Notes: generated by a model from the sequence alone, not told the origin. A stretch of 64,000 nucleotides of DNA from Pirellulaceae bacterium (GCA_031414755.1 JANNWJ010000006.1:32863-96862); one strand, 5' to 3'; shown: positions 39,700 through 49,719, counted from the stretch's first letter. A program made the numbers and translations.

Positions 39700-40476
39700 A
39701 TGAAGCTCTTTGCGACAAAAGAGGTCGGCCTGTTTGCCCGGGCAATCGAGCGACTTTTGCTTCCCGCTTCCTGCGTCGCCTGCCGCGATTTACTGAAAGT
39801 CGATGCGACATTGCCAGTTTGCGACGAGTGTAAACAAGGGCTGCAGTCCAATTCAGCAGCACGATGCCTTCGCTGTGGCGCACGCTTTCCGGAACTATCG
39901 CACGCTGATCGGGTATTGAATGACTGCCGGTTCTGCCGGCACCTCGAACTTCCCTTCGCAAGTACCGTATGCATAGGAAACTACGAAGGTCCTTTGCGGC
40001 AACTGGTTTTGCGACTGAAAAACCGGGGCCATGAACCTTTGGCAATTCAGTTTGGACGCTGGATGGGACTTGAGTGGAACAGGCTTCACCCGGAAACCGG
40101 CCCGATTCCGGATATTGTAACTCCTGTTTCAGTCCATTGGCTTCGGCGCATTCGGCGCGGATATAATGTTGCCGAATTGTTAAGCGAGGGGGTCGGCAGG
40201 ACGATCCATGGAAAGCCATTATGGACCCGAACACTGAAAACCCTTCGCCCCACAAAAAAGCAGGGGACCCTTAGTACGTTGCAACGATTTGAAAACGTAA
40301 AGAACTGTTTTGTTGTTCGCACACCGCAGGTTGTTACCGGAAAAAATGTCCTTTTGGTTGACGATGTGATGACCTCGGGTGCAACCGCAATTCAAGCCGC
40401 GCGTGTCTTGCTGCGATCGGGAGCGGCAGCGGTGCACCTTGCAATCGTAGCGCGTGGAGTTGGCGGGCGAAGTTGA
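39700..40476 (+). CDS. ComF-family phosphoribosyltransferase-like protein
   Basis: There is an N-terminal 4-Cys zinc finger (CVAC...CDEC...CLRCG). The PRT motif is VLLVDDVMTSGATA. Confidence 0.8.
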   Translation: MKLFATKEVGLFARAIERLLLPASCVACRDLLKVDATLPVCDECKQGLQSNSAARCLRCGARFPELSHADRVLNDCRFCRHLELPFASTVCIGNYEGPLRQLVLRLKNRGHEPLAIQFGRWMGLEWNRLHPETGPIPDIVTPVSVHWLRRIRRGYNVAELLSEGVGRTIHGKPLWTRTLKTLRPTKKQGTLSTLQRFENVKNCFVVRTPQVVTGKNVLLVDDVMTSGATAIQAARVLLRSGAAAVHLAIVARGVGGRS

Positions 40477-41665
40477 CTGCCTGCGGAACATTGCGCTGAG
40501 CCACCTTGGCCAAAACGCTGGATGCCTTGTCCCTGCCGAAAATCGGGTACAATCATCAACGTGCCAGTTACCCACCCAAAAAACAAACGAATTGAATTCA
40601 ATCTGTCGAGAGGAACTTCCGTTGACTGATTCCGGTGCATCCCAAAACTCGACTAACCCTTTGGTCCAAAAACAGGCCGCGTGGCTGGGACGATCCTTTT
40701 ACCCGTTTCGCAAAGCGCTCGTGCGTGGCTTGGCAATTGTTATGCCTTCGCTCCTCACCATTGTATTGTTTCTTTGGGCGTGGAGCATCATCGACACCTA
40801 TGTCCTGCAACCAGCCGAAGCGATTGCCAGATACGTGATTGTCTGGTCGATCGCCGATATTCGCGACGATCGGGAAATTGCTCCGGAAGTTGACGCGGTG
40901 CGCCGCATCGGCGGGGTGGGATCGGCTGAACGATTGCAGGGATTGTCGGCAACCCCTTCGACATGGGTGACCAGTGAAGGAACAACCATGGTCAAGGTTG
41001 GACAACAATGGATACCCCGACCCGTTTTCGATTTCGTGTCTGTGGATCCCGGTGATCCTCCCCCTCAATCGGCCAATTCCTGGTACCACCGATATGTCCG
41101 GTTGGAGTTTTTGCCTCGCAACCTGGTCATTCCAGCCTTTTTAAGCGCTTTTTTGTTGACATTATATTTACTCGGCCGCTTTATTGCCGTTGGGATAGGT
41201 CGCATGATTTGGGGCTGGATCGAATCACTTATCGTTCGGATCCCGGTCATCAGCACCGTTTACGGGGCGGTCAAACAGGTTACGGATTTTGCATTCGGCG
41301 ATAACGAACTGGACTTTACTCGAATTGTTGCCGTTGAATATCCGCGTAAGGGCGTTTGGAGTATGGGTTTTGTTACCGGGGACAGTTTCATGGACGTTCA
41401 AAATGCGGCGGGGGAAGCCTGTATAAACGTATTGATGCCAACAAGCCCGATGCCAGCCACAGGCTTCGTTATTTGTGTTCCCAAAAACCAGGCCGTTGAC
41501 TTGAACATCACAATCGATCAGGCAATCCAGTTTTGCGCCTCATGCGGGGTCGTTGTTCCCGTTCATCAGAAAATCAAATCAACGATCGATGTCGGGAAAG
41601 TTATTCGCTCCAGGCCGATGTTGCCGGATCATGTTTCCGGTGACGACTCTGTTAGTCACGAATAG
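40454..41665 (+). CDS. DUF502-family membrane protein (start uncertain)
   Basis: IPVISTVYGAVKQVTDF, VAVEYPRKGVWSMGFVT and PTSPMPATGFVICVP match DUF502. The N-terminal ~70 aa of the ORF look non-native, so the true start may be further downstream. Confidence 0.7.
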   Translation: MELAGEVDCLRNIALSHLGQNAGCLVPAENRVQSSTCQLPTQKTNELNSICREELPLTDSGASQNSTNPLVQKQAAWLGRSFYPFRKALVRGLAIVMPSLLTIVLFLWAWSIIDTYVLQPAEAIARYVIVWSIADIRDDREIAPEVDAVRRIGGVGSAERLQGLSATPSTWVTSEGTTMVKVGQQWIPRPVFDFVSVDPGDPPPQSANSWYHRYVRLEFLPRNLVIPAFLSAFLLTLYLLGRFIAVGIGRMIWGWIESLIVRIPVISTVYGAVKQVTDFAFGDNELDFTRIVAVEYPRKGVWSMGFVTGDSFMDVQNAAGEACINVLMPTSPMPATGFVICVPKNQAVDLNITIDQAIQFCASCGVVVPVHQKIKSTIDVGKVIRSRPMLPDHVSGDDSVSHE

Positions 41666-41810
41666 TGCAGTGTCAATTCCTGATATTTGGGTTAGCCGTT
41701 TTGGCGCCAGCCATGGTCCCGTCACAAAAAACCGGGGCTGGCACCCAAACGGCTGATTTTCCCAACATGCTGTCATCCGCCTGAAAGGAATTGAATTTTG
41801 GAACAATCGG

Positions 41811-41839
41811 CTAAATCGACAAACTCGACCGGTCGATAA
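41811..41839 (+). promoter_or_regulatory. Sigma28 (FliA)-like promoter candidate upstream of fliW
   Basis: CTAAA-N16-GTCGATAA compares with the consensus TAAA-N15-GCCGATAA. It ends 63 nt upstream of the fliW ATG. Confidence 0.5.
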
Positions 41840-41901
41840 AAGACGATGGCAGACCAATGCCTGCGCCGTCTGAGTCCCTTGCAACAATTGGCACTATCCC
41901 G

Positions 41902-42342
41902 ATGAAAATCCAGACCTCCCGTTTTGGAAACGTCGACATCCAGCCCGATGACATTTTGTTTTTTCGTGGCGGGATTCTTGGATTCGAGGAATGTCAACAT
42001 TGGGTAATCCTCGCCGATGCCGGGAATCGTTCGGTCGCCTGGCTTCAAAGCATGCAGTCGCCGGAAATTGCCTTGCCCGTCGTATCGCCTCGACGATTCG
42101 TTCCCGAATATCAGGTGCGGCTCGACCCGATCGACATCGAAATGCTCCATCTCGGCTCGGTGAATCAAGCGTATGTTTTGACAGTCGTCAGTCGCGATAC
42201 TGACGTGTTGACGTTGAATTTGCGGGCTCCGATTGTCATCAATCTCGATCGTCGCCTGGGTTGTCAAGTCATTACGACCGATCAGCAGCCGATCCAATAC
42301 GAGTTGACGGCATTGCCATTGCCCTTGCGCCGAATCGCTTGA
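41902..42342 (+). CDS. fliW: Flagellar assembly factor FliW (CsrA antagonist)
   Basis: MKIQTSRFGNVDIQPDDILFFRGGILGFE, WLQS...P.IALPVV.P and LNLRAPIVIN match FliW. Confidence 0.85.
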   Translation: MKIQTSRFGNVDIQPDDILFFRGGILGFEECQHWVILADAGNRSVAWLQSMQSPEIALPVVSPRRFVPEYQVRLDPIDIEMLHLGSVNQAYVLTVVSRDTDVLTLNLRAPIVINLDRRLGCQVITTDQQPIQYELTALPLPLRRIA

Positions 42343-42703
42343 CCAGCCGCAAGTAACTGGCTTGCTGCAAATCTGAATCGCTCGACGCTCAACAGTCACC
42401 TTGTAATTGTTGTAACAATTGCATCAATGTTTTGGCAGGTTGATCCGGGGGCATTGACGATACAGGTGTCAACTTGACATTTTCGGTAATCTTCCTGTTC
42501 CGCGCCGACGATTTCGAGGAATACAACAGTTTGTCAGCGGACGGCTCGCGCCGGAATTCGCAACCGTTGACAAACGCCAGGGAAGTGCGGCTGTTGCATC
42601 CCGTTACCGGACAGGTTTTGCGTGAATCGTTGTCACGACTCCGGAAAACGGAAATCGCCATTTGATAATCCCTGTTTGATGCCCCTGCGCACTGGAGTTC
42701 CTG

Positions 42704-42919
42704 ATGCTGGTTCTTTCACGACATCGCGATGAATGTATCATGATCGGCGATGATGTAACCATCACCGTCGTGGACATCCGTGGAGACAAGGTTCGCCTCG
42801 GTATCGAGGCACCCAAGGATATTCCGGTCCACCGGCAAGAAGTATACGAAGCCATCAAGCGCGAAAATGAGAAGGCAAGTCAATTGGGCCAGTCAGAAAC
42901 CCGGGACCTGGGACGCTAG
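42704..42919 (+). CDS. csrA: Carbon storage regulator CsrA
   Basis: MLVLSRHRDECIMIGDDVTITVVDIRGDKVRLGIEAPKDIPVHRQEVYE is a near-canonical CsrA sequence. Confidence 0.95.
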   Translation: MLVLSRHRDECIMIGDDVTITVVDIRGDKVRLGIEAPKDIPVHRQEVYEAIKRENEKASQLGQSETRDLGR

Positions 42920-42933
42920 TTCGAGTCGCCAGT

Positions 42934-43335
42934 TCACTGGCCTGTCGCGACCTCTTGCAAGACTTTTTGTACCGTTCGAATGAGCACTTCCATCCGAATC
43001 GGCTTGTTCAAATAAGCATCTACGCCAAGGATCTCAGCGTAATGCCTGTGCCGGCTCCCGTCGTTCCCGGTAATCATGATGGCAGGAATGTACTGGTCCA
43101 TCTCGCGCATTCCCTCGAGAACCAGCAGGCCGCTCCGTTTTGGCATCATCAGATCAAGGATTACCAGATCGGGTCTGTAAAACTCGACACAGGCAAGTCC
43201 CTTGTTTCCATCACCGGCAGACAGGATCTCGAATCCATGCGGCTCCAATGATTCGGCAATCATCCGAATCATTGAGGGGTCATCATCGACCACCATAATG
43301 ACCCGTTTCTTGGTGTTACCATGATTGACGCTCAT
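42934..43335 (-). CDS. Single-domain response regulator (CheY-like receiver)
   Basis: VVDDDP, the phospho-acceptor region LVILDLMMP, IMITG and LNKP are present. Confidence 0.9.
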   Translation of the reverse strand: MSVNHGNTKKRVIMVVDDDPSMIRMIAESLEPHGFEILSAGDGNKGLACVEFYRPDLVILDLMMPKRSGLLVLEGMREMDQYIPAIMITGNDGSRHRHYAEILGVDAYLNKPIRMEVLIRTVQKVLQEVATGQ

Positions 43336-43673
43336 AATCGGTTACCGTGGGTTGTGCCGGTTTTTGGAGATGGGGACTTCGTTCAGACAACGCCCGTATA
43401 TTTTAACTCGAACACCCAATTGGGACAGGGATTCGAATTGCACGTCGTCGATTATCGTCAAATCCGCCGAAAAAAACCTGGTGCCCGTTAATTCGCTCCG
43501 TTTTAGCCAAGGCCTGCGACAATCGGCTATCGAATCTGACATTCGTAACGATTGCGCCAGGATTTGACCGGCAAACAGGCCTTGCACAACGCATCGGGAC
43601 GATAACTGCTGGAGTGGACCGGTCTGCACATGTCCGGCAAAATCAAAATCTGGTTGGAATTTCAGGATACGAT

Positions 43674-43964
43674 ATGTGGAAAGCCCTTTCGCTGGCCCTC
43701 GGTATCACGTTGATCGTATTTGGTGCCGAGCTGTTTTTTGTTGATGAGTTGGAAATCCGCAAGGTCCGTCAAGGCGCAAACGATGCGCAGGCAACCGCAA
43801 ACACCGGTTTCTTTCAAACCGCGTCGTACTCCGGTTACAATAATCCCGCAAATCCGGCAAAAACCACTTTGTACAAGCCGGCCGACTGGATGCCCTGGAG
43901 CTTTTTGGCAGGGGGTTCGATTATCGTTATTTACACATTCACCCTGACTTCGCGAACGGAATGA
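43674..43964 (+). CDS. Small two-TM membrane protein, coupled to the downstream O-antigen-ligase-like gene
   Basis: The ATG is at 43674 (MWKALSLALGITLIVFGAELFF). The stop overlaps the next start (ATGA at 43961). Confidence 0.5.
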   Translation: MWKALSLALGITLIVFGAELFFVDELEIRKVRQGANDAQATANTGFFQTASYSGYNNPANPAKTTLYKPADWMPWSFLAGGSIIVIYTFTLTSRTE

Positions 43965-46735
43965 CGAATCAACCTGGTTCCGGGAAACCCGCACGCCGTT
44001 TGACGAGGAGGGGCTCCCGACGCAGTGTGATGACTTCGAACGGTGATATTCCCCGAATTGAATTCATCGGCGATGAGGGTTCGTCAAACACATCGATGTT
44101 TTTTTTGTGGGCGGGTCGTTGGCTTGTCATCGCAATGTTGGTGATTTCGCCCTGGTGGATTGCCTCGGTTTACCAGTTACCTCAACTGGTGCTTTATGGA
44201 CTTGCCATTGCCGGCATGGCAATGCTCTGGTTCGCTGTCGCGCTTGGCAAAAGGGCCCGGCATCCCTTTCCCTGGCTGGCATTTCCGGTCATCCTTGGTT
44301 TGTTGTTGCTCGTCGTTCAAACCATGGAACTTCCTGAATGGGCCGGGCCAGTTCTTGCGCAAAAGCAACTCGAAATGTATACGGCATTTGCCGAACCGGT
44401 GCCTGGTGAATTGCTGGTCGACAAAAGCAACCCGGAACGAACTCCGTTGAGAATCACAATGGATCTGGATGGAACCACCAGGTCCATTAATCTGTTAACA
44501 CTTGGGCTGCTGGGTGTTGTACTGGCAAGTTACTTTTTTTCGGCCCGCAATGCTCGGGTTTTGCTGCCGCTTGCCGCCACGATAAACGGCGTTGTCATTA
44601 GCAGTTATGGAATTCTGCAACGGGTAAAATCCGAAAACCGGCTATTCGGCTATATCGAACTGGAGCACCATGGAACGCCGTTCGGACCGTTCGTCAATCA
44701 AAACAATGCCGCGGGTTACCTGCTAATCTGTCTTGCCTGCAGTATTGGGTTGATCGTTGTGGCCTTTAACAGGCGAATGGACCTGGATCAACGCCCGCGA
44801 ACGATTATCACCAACGATTACCCGATTTGGCAACGGGCGCGGTTGCATGTTGCGTTGTTCCTTGCCGAACTTGATGCCGTCAAACTGGTATCGTTGCTTG
44901 CCACCACATTGATCGCTGCAGGAGTTGTCGCCACTCTGTCCCGCGGCGGATTTCTGGCACTTGCCGCAGCGACATTTGCAGTAGCTGTTTACTACAGCAT
45001 GGCGAAAAAGTCCTTTGCAGCCCTCGGGATTGGTGCCTTGCTGAGCACTGCTGTATTTATCGGGATCAACACGTTTGGGTTCAGTGAGTCGATGATATTA
45101 CGTCTTAACCGTGCATCGGATTCTGATTTCATAACCAACGAGGCCCGATTGAGACACTGGACGCAAACCTCACCGGCCATCAGCGAATTCTTTCCCATGG
45201 GCAGCGGGGTTGGCAGCTACCACAACGTCCATCGTCTTTACCGGGTCGATTCGGAGAACAATATCTTCTACTTCGCCGAGAACCAGTATTTCCAGACACT
45301 GGTCGAAGCGGGATGGTGTGGACTTCTGTTGCTGTTTTCGGCGATCGGTATTCTGGCAGTTTGTGTCCGGTTCCTTGGTTCGTTTGGCAGTTCCGCAAAA
45401 ACGCAATCACTGTGCGTAACGGGAATTTTCTTGCTCGTCAGCCAAACCATTACGTCGATCTTTGATTTCGGTCATTTTATTGCCGCAAATACGATTGCCA
45501 TGGCGCTGGTATCCGGAATGCTCGTCGGACAGGCACATTCGCTCGCCGGACGCATCAAAAAACCAACCTCGTTGCGCTACACCCTCCCATCCCGATTCGC
45601 GATCGTGTTGTTGCTTTTGATCTTTTCTGCCGGAATCTTCTGTGGTCTGAGCACTCTGCAGTACGCAAAAACAGAACACTGTGTTGGAAAAAGCCCTTCA
45701 CGCGAAACCCCATCAACCACCAGTCTGGAAACGATCGACCAGCGAATTGACCTGCTCAAGGCAAGGGTCAACGTCCACCCGGACTCCGACGCCTGTCAAC
45801 GACTTGGCGAATTGTATATCTTGCGTTACCGATTGATGCTGTTTGACAAGCTGAAACGTATATTGCCAAATGAACGAGCATCCGATCCCAAGTTGGCTGG
45901 TCAAACCTGGCTGTCTACAGGACTTGATCGCCTGCAGTTGATCGTTCAAACGGAATGGCGATCTGGCAATCGCAATCGTCTCCGCGCCGTTCAGGATGAT
46001 GCACTTGTCAAGTCCAATTTGCTTCCGGCGATCTGGTACCTGAAAAAATCGCGATCCCGGAGCCCTTTGCAGCCGGTCGTCCATTTGCTACTTGGGCAGT
46101 TGCATGCCATCGGTGAACAGCCCGATCCCGACCAACCTCATTTGCTTCGTGCACAACAACTCTCTCCGGCAAATGCCGTCACTCATTTCATTTGTGGTCT
46201 TATGGATTTGCAAGCGAACCGCATTGACAGCGCTTGCAACAACCTGGGGAAGTGCTTGCAAATCGATCCGTTGAAATACGACATCGTGGTTCGGGCGACT
46301 ACCCCCTCCATTTCTGTAGAACGAATCGTAAGTGATATCATTCCGGAAGACCCTCGGTTGCTATACAGGTTTGCAACCAACTATTTGCTTACGCAATCCT
46401 CCCAATCGTTAAAAAAGGAAACCCTTCAACGGGCCCGAAATTTGTTAATTGAGGAAAAGCGTGACGATCGCAAGTCCCTTGAGCTATTGGCCGAAATAGA
46501 AATAGCGCTTGGAAATACGGAATCTGCCACGGTAACACTGCGCCGTCTGGTTGATTCGAACCCTGACATACGGAAGCTACGTATAAGCCTGATCAATCTG
46601 CTGAAGGATCAGGGCAAATTCGAAGAAGCCCTTGATGAAATCAAGTGGATGAAAGGGTTTGGCGACGAATCCGGGCAATTGGATACGCTACGGGAAAACA
46701 TTATCCGATTACGGGATTCCAGGTTGTTCCAATAA
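43961..46735 (+). CDS. O-antigen ligase (Wzy_C)-like polytopic membrane protein fused to a C-terminal TPR-like helical-repeat domain
   Basis: There are ~12 TMs, with VVATLSRGGFLALAAATFAV and a periplasmic loop HNVHRLY..ENQYFQTLVEAGW (Wzy_C-like). The C-terminal ~330 aa contain repetitive helical pairs. Confidence 0.7.
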   Translation: MTNQPGSGKPARRLTRRGSRRSVMTSNGDIPRIEFIGDEGSSNTSMFFLWAGRWLVIAMLVISPWWIASVYQLPQLVLYGLAIAGMAMLWFAVALGKRARHPFPWLAFPVILGLLLLVVQTMELPEWAGPVLAQKQLEMYTAFAEPVPGELLVDKSNPERTPLRITMDLDGTTRSINLLTLGLLGVVLASYFFSARNARVLLPLAATINGVVISSYGILQRVKSENRLFGYIELEHHGTPFGPFVNQNNAAGYLLICLACSIGLIVVAFNRRMDLDQRPRTIITNDYPIWQRARLHVALFLAELDAVKLVSLLATTLIAAGVVATLSRGGFLALAAATFAVAVYYSMAKKSFAALGIGALLSTAVFIGINTFGFSESMILRLNRASDSDFITNEARLRHWTQTSPAISEFFPMGSGVGSYHNVHRLYRVDSENNIFYFAENQYFQTLVEAGWCGLLLLFSAIGILAVCVRFLGSFGSSAKTQSLCVTGIFLLVSQTITSIFDFGHFIAANTIAMALVSGMLVGQAHSLAGRIKKPTSLRYTLPSRFAIVLLLLIFSAGIFCGLSTLQYAKTEHCVGKSPSRETPSTTSLETIDQRIDLLKARVNVHPDSDACQRLGELYILRYRLMLFDKLKRILPNERASDPKLAGQTWLSTGLDRLQLIVQTEWRSGNRNRLRAVQDDALVKSNLLPAIWYLKKSRSRSPLQPVVHLLLGQLHAIGEQPDPDQPHLLRAQQLSPANAVTHFICGLMDLQANRIDSACNNLGKCLQIDPLKYDIVVRATTPSISVERIVSDIIPEDPRLLYRFATNYLLTQSSQSLKKETLQRARNLLIEEKRDDRKSLELLAEIEIALGNTESATVTLRRLVDSNPDIRKLRISLINLLKDQGKFEEALDEIKWMKGFGDESGQLDTLRENIIRLRDSRLFQ

Positions 46736-46747
46736 CAAGACATAATC

Positions 46748-48514
46748 ATGTTGATTCGAATCGTCATACTGCTGGCTACATTACTGGCCGCTTCAACAAC
46801 GGGTCCTCCGTTGATCTATGGGCAAACGTTCAGTGATGTGCCTGCTGAGGGTCAGGGCAACGCCTCTGCCTTGATGGCACCCGAAACTGCGGCTGAAATG
46901 AATCTGCCTGGCGAACCGGTTGCTGCGGTCAGAAGTTTTGATCCTGCGATGTTGACTTATGCCGCAGTCGCTTTCGCACTGGCACTTTTGCTTACTCTGG
47001 GACTCGTTCCACTTGGGAAACGAATTGCAAAGCGGGTCCTTCTCGTTGACCACCCGGATCAAAAACGAAAACTGCACACTTCCGCGATACCGCTGATCGG
47101 TGGCATCGTGATTTTCATTACCACCGTTCTGGCGGTCCTGATCACGAAATCCGCCTTCACAATTTTCGCCGACGGAACCGGCTGGTATCAAATCATTGGA
47201 TTGTTGCTGGCTGGTTTGCTCATCCTGCTGATTGGAGTCGTTGACGATCGGTTTGGAATGCGGGGGAGGCAAAAACTCCTGGGACAATTCTTGGCGGCAA
47301 CCGTGCTGGTTGGTTTCGGCTATCGTTTCCAATCGGTGGCAATTTTCGGAACGACATTCGACTTGCAGATTTACTCATTGCTCGTCGTTTATGCCTGGAT
47401 CCTGATTGGAATCAACTCGGTAAATTTACTTGACGGTGCCGACGGATTTGCGTCCACCATCGGCTTTTTAATGAGTGTTGCGCTTTGCGTTATGGCATTG
47501 CATCTTGGACGGGGAATTGATGCTGTGATTCTGGCGGCTTCGGCCGGTGCCGTGCTTGGGTTCTTGCGATACAACTTTCCACCGGCAACCGCCTATCTCG
47601 GCGATGCCGGAAGTATGTTGATTGGGCTTTTCGTCTCGGCCATGTCAATCCGTTGTGCCTCCAAGGAAGCAACCGCCTATGCATTCATGGCCCCGATCGC
47701 GCTTCTGGCGATCCCCATGTTTGATACGATCGCCGCGATCGTTCGGCGGCGTTTGACGGGCCGCAGTATTTACACTGTCGACCGGGGGCACCTGCATCAT
47801 GCACTGATTCGTAAAGGCTACGGACCGCGCAAAGCCCTGCTGATGTTTTTCGCCATGTGCCTGATGACTGCTGTCGGCGGAACGTTGTCACTCGTTTATC
47901 AACAATCCGAATATGCCCTGATTTCCATTGCCGCAGTGGTTGTGTTTCTGGTTGTCGGAAAGGTCTTTGGAATTGCCGAGTTCCAGTTGATCGCCAACCG
48001 GTCGCGATCGCTTATTCGATCGTTCGTCAATCTTCCTGTGAACCGTTCAAACGAAAATTCGCATCAGGATTCCGTTCGGTTGCAGGGCAACAAGAATTGG
48101 GACAGTTGCTGGCAGGTCCTTCGGGAGTTCGCCCGGCAAAACAATGTCCTGCACTTGACGATGGATCTGAACTTGCCGTGGCTGCACGAAAGTTACCATG
48201 CGACGTTTCAACAACTGGATCGAAAAAAGCTCATTGCCGACGAACTGTGGAGTGCCGAATTGCCGCTGACCGTCGATCGCCGCGTTATCGGTCGCCTCGA
48301 CTATTCCGGCAGTATCCTGGACTCATCTTTGTTTCAGGTGTCCAGTGACTTAAAGGACGTGCTGGCAAAAATGGAACCCCATTTACGAGTTACGATTGCG
48401 TCCGTTGACCCAGCTCATAACAATGATGACGAAGAATACCGGGCCATTCGAAAGGTCGAGTTTGGTTTACCTGATACCGATCAACCTGGCGAACACAAAC
48501 TGGATGTTAGCTAG
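46748..48514 (+). CDS. MraY/WecA-family polyprenyl-phosphate N-acetylhexosamine-1-phosphate transferase with a ~190 aa C-terminal extension
   Basis: IPLIGG, VDDRFGMRGRQKLLGQ, NSVNLLDGADG, LGDAGSM and HLHH are present. A soluble tail of unknown fold begins after aa ~400. Confidence 0.85.
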   Translation: MLIRIVILLATLLAASTTGPPLIYGQTFSDVPAEGQGNASALMAPETAAEMNLPGEPVAAVRSFDPAMLTYAAVAFALALLLTLGLVPLGKRIAKRVLLVDHPDQKRKLHTSAIPLIGGIVIFITTVLAVLITKSAFTIFADGTGWYQIIGLLLAGLLILLIGVVDDRFGMRGRQKLLGQFLAATVLVGFGYRFQSVAIFGTTFDLQIYSLLVVYAWILIGINSVNLLDGADGFASTIGFLMSVALCVMALHLGRGIDAVILAASAGAVLGFLRYNFPPATAYLGDAGSMLIGLFVSAMSIRCASKEATAYAFMAPIALLAIPMFDTIAAIVRRRLTGRSIYTVDRGHLHHALIRKGYGPRKALLMFFAMCLMTAVGGTLSLVYQQSEYALISIAAVVVFLVVGKVFGIAEFQLIANRSRSLIRSFVNLPVNRSNENSHQDSVRLQGNKNWDSCWQVLREFARQNNVLHLTMDLNLPWLHESYHATFQQLDRKKLIADELWSAELPLTVDRRVIGRLDYSGSILDSSLFQVSSDLKDVLAKMEPHLRVTIASVDPAHNNDDEEYRAIRKVEFGLPDTDQPGEHKLDVS

Positions 48515-48561
48515 TCGGTTGATCTATTGGCTGGCGCCCAACCGCAATCCACGGAATAGTC

Positions 48562-48810
48562 ATGTCCAACAACAGCCGTGATTCAAACTTCAGAACGACG
48601 TTTGTCCATTTTTGCCCAGCCTGTAACCGAAGGCTCATGCTGGAAGTCGCGTCACTTGGCAAGTTGGCGAAATGCGATGGATGCGGTCGTTCCTCCGTCG
48701 CGCGGGACCGCGAAATCGAATCCGCCGCACTGCTGGACGATATGAAACTGCATGCTGAGCTTGCAGCACACCCCGCAACGGAATATTTCTGGACACAACG
48801 CCCACGTTAA
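48562..48810 (+). CDS. Small zinc-ribbon protein (hypothetical)
   Basis: The CPACN...CDGCG spacing is typical of a 4-Cys ribbon. There is no other support. Confidence 0.4.
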   Translation: MSNNSRDSNFRTTFVHFCPACNRRLMLEVASLGKLAKCDGCGRSSVARDREIESAALLDDMKLHAELAAHPATEYFWTQRPR

Positions 48811-49079
48811 TGTCCAGCAAATTCGCGACCGATGCCGGAACAATCAGGTTTCGATTCAATTGGCCGGCCAGAAACGGACGAATGTAAAAACCGGTCGCAG
48901 GCCATTTGTCGGGAAGCCCGGATCGGGATTACAATGGGAATCAGTCGTTTTGCCACTGATGCGAACTGTTCCGTCACCCGGCTGGATTGAAATAAGGACA
49001 ATACCGGAACCCCTGGCATTGATCCTGGTGGCAACCCGCCAACTGGTTTCAGAAAACCCTGGATTTGAGAGAAGCAATT

Positions 49080-49601
49080 ATGCGTTTGTTCCGAACTTCG
49101 AAGTTTCGATTTGTTTTCGCTCCGGCGCTAACATGCGGACTGATCATTTCGCTTGTGTTTGGCAACCCGCTTGCCGCCCACGGGATATTCAAAAAGACAC
49201 TTGAAAAAAAATACGAGAGCCTCAAGGTTACCTGCAACATGTGCCACGTACCTAAACAGGGAAAGGAAATACGAAATGAATTTGGTGAGCTGTTTTTTCA
49301 GGAGCTGAAAGATCAGGATCTGTCGGCTCGCTGGGATTCTGTCAAAGGTGCCGACCGCAAAAAGCTGGAAACAGACGTGATGGCACCGGCGTTTTTGAAG
49401 GCACTTGAGAAAGTCGTCGAAAAAGAAAACGCCGACAAGGAAAAATACGCCGACCTCATCCCGGCCGCAAAAATCGCCGGTTCGAAAATCAAGTCGGCCG
49501 ACGGTGACGACGAAGAGGACGATGAAGAGGACGACGAAAAAGACGATGACGGTTCGCAGGCAGGCAAAAGCCCAATTGCACGAGTCGACGCGCCACCCTA
49601 A
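49080..49601 (+). CDS. Secreted small protein with a single CxxCH haem-binding motif and a polyacidic tail
   Basis: The signal peptide is MRLFRTSKFRFVFAPALTCGLIISLVFGNPLAAHG. The haem-type motif is CNMCH. The C-terminal tail is DGDDEEDDEEDDEKDDDG. Confidence 0.5.
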   Translation: MRLFRTSKFRFVFAPALTCGLIISLVFGNPLAAHGIFKKTLEKKYESLKVTCNMCHVPKQGKEIRNEFGELFFQELKDQDLSARWDSVKGADRKKLETDVMAPAFLKALEKVVEKENADKEKYADLIPAAKIAGSKIKSADGDDEEDDEEDDEKDDDGSQAGKSPIARVDAPP

Positions 49602-49627
49602 AATCCGTCCGTCGGAAAACTGATTCC

Positions 49628-49701
<74 letters not shown>

Positions 49702-49719
49702 CTCAATGTTCAAATCAAA

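Noticed and set aside
39566-40255. 230-codon N-terminal extension of the LptF/G ORF (track gives 38435..40255)
   Set aside because: The canonical LptF/G N-terminus MPIIDRYI begins at 39565. The extension has non-protein-like composition and overlaps the ComF gene on the opposite strand.
42389-42665. Two overlapping ORFs (90 aa minus strand, 63 aa plus strand) between fliW and csrA
   Set aside because: They are mutually antisense, have low-complexity or odd composition and carry no signal. The region is treated as a regulatory spacer instead.
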